From Bacteroidales bacterium (GTDB taxonomy: Bacteria; Bacteroidota; Bacteroidia; Bacteroidales; VadinHA17), in assembly GCA_003142255.1 (NCBI GenBank), contig PLLO01000018.1, positions 193,129 through 257,128 on the forward strand: DNA of 64,000 nucleotides. Reading direction: 5' to 3'. Each line of letters opens with the position of its first letter. Position 1 is the stretch's first letter. Below the pieces are notes generated by a model. That model had not been told where the DNA came from. It saw only the letters and a list, made by a program, of their open reading frames with translations, and ran no database searches. Of the stretch, positions 52,071-60,854 are shown one piece after another. Made by a program: the position numbers and the translations under genes.

Positions 52071-53960
52071 ATGAAATCAATCAAGTTTTTTTTATTCTTT
52101 TCTGCGTTAGTCCTGCTAACAGCTAGCTGCAAACTAAAGTCTGAAAACAAGGTCCTTGCATCGGTTCCCAAATGGTCAAAAGAAGCCATCTGGTACCAGA
52201 TCTTTGTAGAGCGGTTCCGGAACGGCGATACAACCAACGATCCGACACCTGCCGATATGAAAGGATCATATCCCGGCCAGCTGCCTTCAAACTGGAAGAT
52301 CACTCCTTGGGGTCACGACTGGTATTCCCATGAACCATGGCTCGATAGTATTAAAGCCAATAATTTCCATTCGAAAATACAAGCTCGCAGATATGGAGGC
52401 GATCTGCAGGGCGTTCTCGATAAGCTCGATTACATAAGCGCTCTCGGTATTAATACAATATATTTTAACCCCCTGAATGATTCTCCTTCGCTTCATAAAT
52501 ATGATGCACGGAATTATGCGCATATCGACCGCAATTTCGGTCCCGATCCAAAAGGAGATGTGGCGATCATGAATTCCGAGAATCCTGCGGATCCTTCGAC
52601 ATGGAAATGGACTGCTGCTGACAAGCTTTTTCTGAAAGTTATTGAGGAGTGCCATAAAAGAGGCATAAGAGTAATTATGGATTACTCCTGGAATCATACC
52701 GGGCGCTATTTCTGGGCTCTTAACGATATAAGGAAAAACGGGAAAAACTCTCCCTATGCCGACTGGTACACTATTAATCAGTATGACGATCCTGCCACCC
52801 CTGCCGATGAACTAAGCTACCAGGGATGGGGCGGGAATAATCCATGGATGCCCGTATTTAAAAAAGACATTATACCTCCCGAAGATAAGGTGATGCCCTT
52901 TGAAGGCAACTTCCACTCTGAAACATTGAAGCAGCATATTTTTAATGTTTCAAAGCGATGGCTCGATCCGAACAGGGACGGGAATTCTTCCGACGGTGTC
53001 GACGGCTTCAGACTTGACGTCGCAGGCGAGATACCGATGGGTTTCTGGCGTGAATACCGGAAGGTTGTAAGATCAGTGAACCCCGAGGCTTATCTCGTTG
53101 GAGAAATCTGGTGGCTTGAGTGGCCCGACAAGCTTCTTGATCCGGCAGTATATCTTGCCGGCGACCAGTTTGATGCAATAATGAATTACAGGTGGTACAG
53201 GGTGGCAAGAGGATTTTTCGGCCAGGCAGAGCCGATCCTGACGCCGACAGGTTTTGTAAGCGAGATAAAAAGAATTGACAAAGGGATAAACGAAAGCAAC
53301 CTTGATGGAATGATGAATGTTGCAGCCACACATGATTCGCCGAGGCTTTCAACTTCACTCTATAATAAGACGATGGATAAATACAATGCGAAACCATCGG
53401 ATAATCCGGATTATAAGATCAATAAACCCGACGAGCTTACCAGGAGGGAGCAGATCCTTCTCCTTGTCCACCAGTTTACATTTATAGGTGCCCCGCATAT
53501 CTGGAATGGCGATGAGGTTGGCATGTGGGGCGCTGATGATCCGGATTGCCGCAAACCTGTAGTATGGAGCGACATTACCTATGAAGATGAGAAGGCAGCA
53601 TATGATCCGTCAAAAACCCGTCCTGTCGATAAAGTTAGTCCGGATACAGCCCTTCTTACAATTTACAAAAGACTTACCCGGATGCGAAGGGATAATCCAG
53701 TTCTTTCTTACGGTGAGCTGAATTTCACTGTTGCCGACGATCAGAAAATGATTCTTGCTTACACCCGGACTCTGGGAAAAGAAGAGATTGTTGCTCTGTT
53801 CAACAGGTCAGGCAAAGAAGAATCTCTCTTTGTACCTGTGCAAAACAAAGGAACCTTCACCGATATACTTTCACCGGGCCACGAATCATTTAAATCAGTG
53901 GATGAAGGTCTCGAGATAAAAATAAAGCCTTTATCAGCGATGGTTCTCAGGAAAAACTGA
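52071..53960 (+). CDS. GH13 alpha-amylase / neopullulanase-type lipoprotein
   Basis: Leader LLTASC. Regions DYSWNH, VDGFRLDVAGE, LVGEIWW and AATHDSPR. Confidence 0.85.
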   Translation: MKSIKFFLFFSALVLLTASCKLKSENKVLASVPKWSKEAIWYQIFVERFRNGDTTNDPTPADMKGSYPGQLPSNWKITPWGHDWYSHEPWLDSIKANNFHSKIQARRYGGDLQGVLDKLDYISALGINTIYFNPLNDSPSLHKYDARNYAHIDRNFGPDPKGDVAIMNSENPADPSTWKWTAADKLFLKVIEECHKRGIRVIMDYSWNHTGRYFWALNDIRKNGKNSPYADWYTINQYDDPATPADELSYQGWGGNNPWMPVFKKDIIPPEDKVMPFEGNFHSETLKQHIFNVSKRWLDPNRDGNSSDGVDGFRLDVAGEIPMGFWREYRKVVRSVNPEAYLVGEIWWLEWPDKLLDPAVYLAGDQFDAIMNYRWYRVARGFFGQAEPILTPTGFVSEIKRIDKGINESNLDGMMNVAATHDSPRLSTSLYNKTMDKYNAKPSDNPDYKINKPDELTRREQILLLVHQFTFIGAPHIWNGDEVGMWGADDPDCRKPVVWSDITYEDEKAAYDPSKTRPVDKVSPDTALLTIYKRLTRMRRDNPVLSYGELNFTVADDQKMILAYTRTLGKEEIVALFNRSGKEESLFVPVQNKGTFTDILSPGHESFKSVDEGLEIKIKPLSAMVLRKN

Positions 53961-53961
53961 A

Positions 53962-56754
53962 TTATTTCCTTATTACCTTAATAGTCTGCATCCTCAGCGG
54001 GGTTCTTACACTCACCAGATAAATTCCACTTCCGGCATCGGAGCCATTTTCCGTTTTCCCATCCCAGGTTACTATCTGCCTGCCATCAGGAATGTTTCCG
54101 GATCTCATCTGCCTTATTACCCTTCCGGAGATGTCAAAAACTGTAAGTGTAACAGGAACCGGGATTACATTATTAATTTCAAAGCTGACGGGTCCTGATG
54201 ACGGGTTCGGGTATGCTGTAACAAACTCTTCATATGCCGGGAGATAATTATCCTCAATTGCAAGTGTAAGCTTTGGAGAACCTAGTTTCTCGGTTGAATA
54301 GAGCTTGAATTCCCCGGGCTTAAGGGTTATATTGGCGTTGACATTTGTCACGTTGATCGAATCTTCAGTAAAATACTCAAACCATTTTCCGGTCTGCTGG
54401 AAGGCCGGGACTATTGTCGTTTCGCTTACCCCAAAGTTACCAAGGATATTTATGCTGGTACCGGATCCGGTCAACTGAAGGCGTTTTGTCGTCGAGGATA
54501 GAGACCATGAATAATTTGTAGTGCTGAAGACCGGAAGGTTCTTTCTGAAGTTATTGAGCAGCCTGTAAAAAAGGTACAGAGAATGGCGGTCAGTATCAGA
54601 AAAATATTCCCATTTTATTGGTTTGTTGCTTACCCTTCCTCCATCATCAATTGAGATATCATAGCCAAGTTCACCAAACTGCCAGATCATTTTCGGCCCC
54701 GGGATTGTAAGGAAGAAAAGTGCGTCGAGTGCCATTCTCTTCAGTGCGATCTTCTGGTTCCGGGTATTGTAATCACCGGTTGAGGAGCCAAAGGTAATAG
54801 TCTTGTACATCACTCTTTCCTCGTCGTGGCTCTCCATGTAAGAAACAATTCCCGGAACGCTCCATCCTCTTCCAAGCCATGAGGCACTGGTGAGATCGGA
54901 GGGATATCCCATGGCCGCTTCCGTATAGTTATAATTATTGTTTCCCCAAACCATCATACCATAGTTGGCAAGCTCCTGCTCTTCAGCATCAGCGGTAAAA
55001 TGTTCCAGAATGACATAAGCAGAAGGCTTCACGCTCCAAATCTTATCGGCCATTCTTTTCAGGATTGCAATTCTCGAGGCATCATAGGCAGAACCATCGC
55101 CTGGTGTATTAGTAAATCCCTTGGAGAAATCGAAACGAAAACCGTCAACATTATATTCGGTGAGCCAGTAGGCATTTATCCTGTCGACAAGCTCCTGGGT
55201 GGATGTGCTTTCGTGGTTAAAGTCGGCGCCCCACTTATAAACAGGATTGGGAGAACTGGCATTGAACCATGGGTTCGGGAGCTTCATAAAGATCTGGTCG
55301 GTTCCGTAATAATCGAGATAAAGCCGGACAAACGGGGACTGGCCGAAGCAGTGGTTGAGAACAATATCCATTATTACTGCAATGCCTCGGGCATGACAGC
55401 TGTCAACAAATGCCTTCATGTCGTTCTTCGGACCGTAATACTTGTCAGGTGCAAAATAGAATGACGGGTTATAGCCCCAGCTCAGGTTTCCCTCGAATTC
55501 GCAGACCGGCATTAATTCTATTGCATTCACGCCAAGATTATCAAGGTAGGAAAGAGTGTCTATTAGAGTTTTAAAATCGTGATTTGCCAGAAAATCGCGG
55601 ATAAGAAGCTCGTAGATCACAAGCTTCGATTTTGCGGGAGGTGTGTAGCCTGTCGTCGTCCAGGAGTAAGGCACCTGCGAAGTCTGAAGAACCGAAACCA
55701 TTTCAGTAGTTTTATCAAGCGGATACGCAATTAGCCCGGGATATGTTGCAGAGCTTATATATGAATCATTCCATGGATCAAGAACCTTGTCGGCATAAGG
55801 ATCGGCTATGTACAATGAGGAGTCGACAATATACTGGAACCTGTACTCTTTGCCGGATGTAAGACCGGTCAGTTCAAGCCAGTACCTTTCGCCATCGGGA
55901 GTTCTTTTCATGTATCCTTTTTCGCAGGCGGTCCAGTTAGTGAAATCGCCCGTGACAAATACGTAATTTTTATATGGAGCATGCAGCACTAGCGTGGCTG
56001 AGGTGCTGCTTGTATAGTTAATCCCGTCTTTAAGCCCGGCAGGCAGCGCTTCTGTAACAACGGGCTTCCTGACATAAAAGAAAAATGAATCAGCAGCAAA
56101 AGAAGGAAGTGACCAGGAGACCGACTTGACCCAGAACTCGCCATACTGGCTTGCAGTGATGGTATCAGTAATAAGATCATTGGTCTTGCCCTTTTTTATC
56201 CATTTATTATTTATATACAATGATACTGAATCGGCATTTGTTGCAGCTGCTTTAACCGGTATCGTTGCATTCAGATTGACAATAAGGGAATTTTTTTCTG
56301 GAAGGATAAATGAAGTATTTAAGCTCAGTGTGTAAACATTGATAAAAATATCGGGACTTGTCTGTTTTGTAGCATCGGAGCTACGGAAAACGATGCAAAT
56401 CCTTGAGGCAGTATCTGTTGCTGCCAGTTTATAATAAGTCCTGATGTCAGTAGAGATGTCGAGTCTATAAAGGTGATTACCAAGGGAAGTCAATTTAGGC
56501 TCAGTTAGATTATCTGCCCAAGCGGTACCTATTACATATTTCCAGTCGCCAAGTTTGGTTGTAACGCCTGTGTGGGCATAAACATCGCCGGTATAATTCT
56601 TAAAAGAGGCATATGATTCCACGAGCGATGTATTGAAATAGATCTTTAAAGGTTTTCCGTTCACAGGAAGTGCGGGATCGGTATAGACCATCTGCGCTCC
56701 GAGGCAGGTGACCTGGAGGGCTAGTATTAATATGGCAAAAAGGCGTTTTAACAT
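53962..56754 (-). CDS. Large secreted GH13 amylase/pullulanase-type enzyme with T9SS C-terminal sorting domain
   Basis: 930 aa with a signal peptide. NVDGFRFDFSKG and YMESHDEERV. The C-terminus (SGIYLVSVRT..IKVIRK) is typical of a type A T9SS tail. Confidence 0.85.
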   Translation of the reverse strand: MLKRLFAILILALQVTCLGAQMVYTDPALPVNGKPLKIYFNTSLVESYASFKNYTGDVYAHTGVTTKLGDWKYVIGTAWADNLTEPKLTSLGNHLYRLDISTDIRTYYKLAATDTASRICIVFRSSDATKQTSPDIFINVYTLSLNTSFILPEKNSLIVNLNATIPVKAAATNADSVSLYINNKWIKKGKTNDLITDTITASQYGEFWVKSVSWSLPSFAADSFFFYVRKPVVTEALPAGLKDGINYTSSTSATLVLHAPYKNYVFVTGDFTNWTACEKGYMKRTPDGERYWLELTGLTSGKEYRFQYIVDSSLYIADPYADKVLDPWNDSYISSATYPGLIAYPLDKTTEMVSVLQTSQVPYSWTTTGYTPPAKSKLVIYELLIRDFLANHDFKTLIDTLSYLDNLGVNAIELMPVCEFEGNLSWGYNPSFYFAPDKYYGPKNDMKAFVDSCHARGIAVIMDIVLNHCFGQSPFVRLYLDYYGTDQIFMKLPNPWFNASSPNPVYKWGADFNHESTSTQELVDRINAYWLTEYNVDGFRFDFSKGFTNTPGDGSAYDASRIAILKRMADKIWSVKPSAYVILEHFTADAEEQELANYGMMVWGNNNYNYTEAAMGYPSDLTSASWLGRGWSVPGIVSYMESHDEERVMYKTITFGSSTGDYNTRNQKIALKRMALDALFFLTIPGPKMIWQFGELGYDISIDDGGRVSNKPIKWEYFSDTDRHSLYLFYRLLNNFRKNLPVFSTTNYSWSLSSTTKRLQLTGSGTSINILGNFGVSETTIVPAFQQTGKWFEYFTEDSINVTNVNANITLKPGEFKLYSTEKLGSPKLTLAIEDNYLPAYEEFVTAYPNPSSGPVSFEINNVIPVPVTLTVFDISGRVIRQMRSGNIPDGRQIVTWDGKTENGSDAGSGIYLVSVRTPLRMQTIKVIRK

Positions 56755-56843
56755 CTCTGTATCAATTATTATATAAGCAAGAGGTAAAGTTAGAAAAAAC
56801 GTGCGAAAAACACTAATTTACAGCGTAATAGAGAATAATCCTT

Positions 56844-56861
56844 TCAGCAAACGTTTGAAAA
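56844..56861. promoter_or_regulatory. Operator-like site TCAGCAAACGTTTGAAAA (site 2)
   Basis: Perfect CAAACGTTTG palindrome, ~90 nt upstream of the minus-strand GH13 start. Confidence 0.5.
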
Positions 56862-56862
56862 A

Positions 56863-58035
56863 TTAGATTCCCCATTGATGGAAATTGTACTGATCCGACA
56901 TAAACCTGATTCCTTTGAGGCTGTTTCCTTCAAAATCGAAGAAGGTGTTGCATTCCCATGACGACCCCGTTCCCCAGAGATCTTTCATCTGGGAGGTAAT
57001 CCATTCGGGTTCCCATGTAAATATTCCTATTCCTCCGCCATCGATGACCTCCTGGGTAAGTGCATGCATGTATTTGTACTGGCCTGCCTCGGTGGCAGGG
57101 TAACCGGAAACAAGAGCAGATTCAACAATGAAGTTATTGTAATTATCGTTCCAACCTGTTGTCCACGGGTAGACTGTTTCCATTATCATTACGTCCTTTT
57201 TGAATGTAGTCCTTAGATCGGAAATAAAATTGCTGACAGTCGTAAGGGCAGTTGTCGACCACATATAATAATAGGAGATACCGATAATATCATAATCTGT
57301 CAACCCCTCATCGGCAAGACCGTTGAACCATATCCGGACGTTTTCGGGCTGAGCTACGTGGATTATTATCTTAGGGTTTATATTGCCTGTGGCTCCTGCT
57401 GTCCTGATTGCCCTTATTGCAGAGTTCAGAAGAATTATCATATTTTTCTCATTGTTGTGCCAACGGTCTCCGTAAGGCAGGAGTAGACCAGGATTAATTT
57501 CATTTCCAACCTGCACAAATTCAGGCATTAAACCTGCAGATCCTAGCTTCTGAAGTGTTCTGAAGGTATAATTGTAAATGCTGTCTTTGAGAAGTGAAAG
57601 AGTGGGCGATGTCCATTCTGAAGGAATTTCCTGCTTTGAGGTTCCGGCCCATGTGTCGGAATAATGAAAGTCGAGGCAGACCTGCATACCAGCAGCTTTC
57701 GCTTTTCCGATCCCTTTTTTCACATCGTCGAAATCGTTATACATTTGAACGCCATCGGCTCCATAAATCTCCTTAGTCCAGACCGGATTATAGAAGAGCC
57801 TGAATCTGATGACATTTGCGCCGTACTTTCTGAATATCACATAAGGATCTGTCACATTGCCGGAATCCTTAAAGACTCCTCCATGGTCGAGGATCTGGTT
57901 GGCATATGAGAGGTCGGCACCCATGACAAATGTGCTGGCCGGATATGTAACACGGATATCAACAGGCGGATCAGCCGGCTTTTTGCATGAGACCAGCGAT
58001 AGCATCAGGACCAGGATGAAATATAGCCGCTTCAT
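56863..58035 (-). CDS. GH53 endo-beta-1,4-galactanase-like
   Basis: GADLSY, DFHYSDTWA and VQVGNEINPG motifs. Lipoprotein leader LVSC. Confidence 0.8.
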   Translation of the reverse strand: MKRLYFILVLMLSLVSCKKPADPPVDIRVTYPASTFVMGADLSYANQILDHGGVFKDSGNVTDPYVIFRKYGANVIRFRLFYNPVWTKEIYGADGVQMYNDFDDVKKGIGKAKAAGMQVCLDFHYSDTWAGTSKQEIPSEWTSPTLSLLKDSIYNYTFRTLQKLGSAGLMPEFVQVGNEINPGLLLPYGDRWHNNEKNMIILLNSAIRAIRTAGATGNINPKIIIHVAQPENVRIWFNGLADEGLTDYDIIGISYYYMWSTTALTTVSNFISDLRTTFKKDVMIMETVYPWTTGWNDNYNNFIVESALVSGYPATEAGQYKYMHALTQEVIDGGGIGIFTWEPEWITSQMKDLWGTGSSWECNTFFDFEGNSLKGIRFMSDQYNFHQWGI

Positions 58036-58061
58036 TTCCTTGTTTCCGATAATTCAGTGTC

Positions 58062-58069
58062 CAAAGGTA
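58062..58069 (-). promoter_or_regulatory. -7 box TACCTTTG upstream of GH53
   Basis: Matches TAnnTTTG, ~27 nt upstream of the ATG at 58035. Confidence 0.45.
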
Positions 58070-58149
58070 CGAAGTTAATAAATACGGATGAATGAAAAAG
58101 GTCACTGCAGAATCTGCAGTGACCTTTTAAATAATTCAGTACAAGGAAT

Positions 58150-59208
58150 TTAATTCTTTACAACAGTATAGGTGTAAGCCTGTGGATTTCCGGTCGGGTT
58201 CAGGTTCAGGGTAACGGTATAGGTACCTGCTGCACTTGTTACGATATTTGCACCGCCATCATCGAGCCTGCCGTCAGCGCCGTTATCACCAAAATTGAGT
58301 GACCAGCCTGCATTTGCTCTGAATTTCCATTCGACAGCTGCAGTTGTTATGAAGGAACCTTCCCAGTTTCCGGTTACAGCGTTGTACGTCAACGTTGCAT
58401 AATCGGTTCCCCAGCTATTACCTACGAATCCGCCGATTATACCCCATGTTGTTGCAAGAGTGCTCCAGGTCATATTCGTGAGATCGACATTAACCCTGTA
58501 ATAGCCTGCTGAAGGTACCCACATATTCTGCTCGCCGGTAACCTCCAGATGATTAGTACCAGTCCAGTCATCACCCATATCATTATTCCATGAGCCCTGG
58601 GTAGGAATGATCTTATATTGCAGGTTACCACCCGTACCCGTGAAATTGACATAGAGTTCATATTTCAGGCCGGAAAGACTTCTGTTCATTGCCGGAGCTG
58701 TACCGGCATTCCAGCCGTTGAATGCACCGACCAGGTAAATGAAGTCCTTGGCAGTGTAAGGAGTGATATTCATGGTGATCTTATCGGAGAAAACCGTATC
58801 GGCATTTGAGTTGGGAATGGTGCCCATTATCCTCATGTCAATTGAGTTGACAACCTCCATGTTTGCCTCAAGTGCAACAAGTTTTGAGTCGAATTCCGAA
58901 TACTTGAGAGTATCGGTCAGAGCGTTAACGCTGGCAACGTTCACCAATGGGTTGAAATTGGTTCCTGCTTTTGCGATCTGGATGGTATAGAGTACTCCGA
59001 GCGGCATGCCAAAATCAGCGGCGCTCCATGTGAATGCTACTTTCTTGTCGGCATCAGGTTTTGTCAGTACAAGACTTGATCCGGCAGCAGGGACAGAGAT
59101 TGCAGGTACCCCCGGTGTGGATAATACAACTGGTCCTTTCTCCTGGTCCAGGCAGCTGATTATAGTAAAGAGCCCGGTAATTAATAATATAAAGCTTATC
59201 TTTTTCAT
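58150..59208 (-). CDS. SusE/SusF-family outer-membrane lipoprotein
   Basis: Leader TIISC, located downstream of SusD, with starch-binding-module-like repeats. Confidence 0.7.
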   Translation of the reverse strand: MKKISFILLITGLFTIISCLDQEKGPVVLSTPGVPAISVPAAGSSLVLTKPDADKKVAFTWSAADFGMPLGVLYTIQIAKAGTNFNPLVNVASVNALTDTLKYSEFDSKLVALEANMEVVNSIDMRIMGTIPNSNADTVFSDKITMNITPYTAKDFIYLVGAFNGWNAGTAPAMNRSLSGLKYELYVNFTGTGGNLQYKIIPTQGSWNNDMGDDWTGTNHLEVTGEQNMWVPSAGYYRVNVDLTNMTWSTLATTWGIIGGFVGNSWGTDYATLTYNAVTGNWEGSFITTAAVEWKFRANAGWSLNFGDNGADGRLDDGGANIVTSAAGTYTVTLNLNPTGNPQAYTYTVVKN

Positions 59209-59234
59209 TTCAGATAGTATTTAAAATTTTAAGA

Positions 59235-60836
59235 TTAATACCCCAAATTCTGAGTAAGATTCGGATTGGCATTGATATCTGTCGACGGAATCGGGAAAAG
59301 GTCCATGTGATAGTCATCGAGGCTTTTGCCAGCAGCTACAGCGCCTTTCCATGGCCACAAATAAGTTGATTTACTGAAGCTTTGGAACCTTATCAGGTCT
59401 GTTCTCCTGTGGCACTCCCATAAAAATTCACGGGCATTCTCGTCAAGGAGGAACTGAAGTGTAATATCGCCGTATGCTGCCAGATCGCCGGAAGTGTTTC
59501 CATAAGCCCTCTCTCTTATCAGGTTTACATAGGTAAGTGCATCAGTTTGTGAACCTCCTGTACCGCCTCTTACAACTGCTTCGGCATACATCAGGTATGC
59601 ATCTGCAAGACGGAATACCGGGAAGTCAGTATCAGTATAGGTCAGGTCAGATCCATTTGCACCTGTAGATGTCTTATTGGTCCATTTCGTTATGGCATAT
59701 CCGTCAGTAAAAGAAAAGACATCAACTATAGCTTTATTCTGTCCGCTTGTATAGAACATTGCTCTTTTATCCGTAGCACCCGTTATATCAGAGAATTTAT
59801 CAACGTATGCACTGGTAACTCTAAGCCCTGCCCATTGGCCTTTGAGACCAAAATCACCAGGAATCATGCTCCCGCCGACTTCTGCATTAATAAGATAGGT
59901 AGTTCCTCCATATGTTTGAGTATGAATTCCGTCGAAGTTTATCGGGAAGATGATCTCGTTGGAGGTGTTGTTATCAGCCTTGAACACATTGGCATAATTT
60001 GTTGTGAGAGAATATTTATTGGCAGCAATCACCTTCTTCATATAAGTGATGCAATCTGTGTACCTGTCAGTTCCTGTGTATACTTTTGCATTCAGGTAGA
60101 GTTTGCCAAGGAGCATCCATGCTGCAGCCTGGTCGGCTCTGCCGTAAACTGACTTTGGAGTCAGAAGAGAACCGTCGATAGCTTTAAGTTCGCTTTCAAT
60201 GTAGGTAAACAGGTTGGCACGTGTTATCTGCTGCGGAGGGGTTGAACCAACCTCGCTGTTCTCGTCAACGAAAGGAACATTGCCAAACAAGTCAATTGCG
60301 TGCCAGTAGCTGAGAGCTCTCAGAAATCTTGCTTCAGCTCTGTAAGTCTGAACTGCAGTTTTGTCAGCACCTGTAATGCCTCTTGAGTCTATCTTGGCAT
60401 CTGATGATTCCCTGATGAACTCATTGCATAATGAGATCTGGTAATAGAGCCTGTTATACATTGCACCAATAAACTCGCCGGATGGTGTCCAGTTCTGTTC
60501 GTGGTAGTTTCTCAGCGTACCGTCGTTCCAGGCTATTACAGCCTCATCAGTGGGAAGCTCCTGTGCATTGAAATACTGTCTGAGGTACTGTGAAAATCCC
60601 TCGTCAATACCGCTGATATCAGGATCCCCTGCCGGACCTTGCTGTCCGGAGACTGCAAGCCCTGCATAACATTTTGCCAGTACTCCGTAATAAGCATTTG
60701 CATCCTTATAAACATTGGCAGATGTGATAACCTTAGGATCGATAGGAACAGTATTCAAATCTTTGACGCATGAAGTGAATGCCAACAGCATCACAACAAT
60801 GGAAGCGGATAAGATTTTTAAATGTTTTTTATTCAT
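59235..60836 (-). CDS. susD: SusD/RagB-family nutrient-binding lipoprotein
   Basis: Leader AFTSC, 533 aa, immediately downstream of SusC. Confidence 0.9.
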   Translation of the reverse strand: MNKKHLKILSASIVVMLLAFTSCVKDLNTVPIDPKVITSANVYKDANAYYGVLAKCYAGLAVSGQQGPAGDPDISGIDEGFSQYLRQYFNAQELPTDEAVIAWNDGTLRNYHEQNWTPSGEFIGAMYNRLYYQISLCNEFIRESSDAKIDSRGITGADKTAVQTYRAEARFLRALSYWHAIDLFGNVPFVDENSEVGSTPPQQITRANLFTYIESELKAIDGSLLTPKSVYGRADQAAAWMLLGKLYLNAKVYTGTDRYTDCITYMKKVIAANKYSLTTNYANVFKADNNTSNEIIFPINFDGIHTQTYGGTTYLINAEVGGSMIPGDFGLKGQWAGLRVTSAYVDKFSDITGATDKRAMFYTSGQNKAIVDVFSFTDGYAITKWTNKTSTGANGSDLTYTDTDFPVFRLADAYLMYAEAVVRGGTGGSQTDALTYVNLIRERAYGNTSGDLAAYGDITLQFLLDENAREFLWECHRRTDLIRFQSFSKSTYLWPWKGAVAAGKSLDDYHMDLFPIPSTDINANPNLTQNLGY

Positions 60837-60854
60837 GATTTCAGATTTTAAAAA

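Noticed and set aside
53008-53397. Minus-strand ORFs inside the 52071-53960 GH13 gene and plus-strand ORFs inside susC/susD (for example 55000-55464, 63172-63507)
   Set aside because: They are embedded antisense in long genes that carry canonical GH13 or Sus family signatures.
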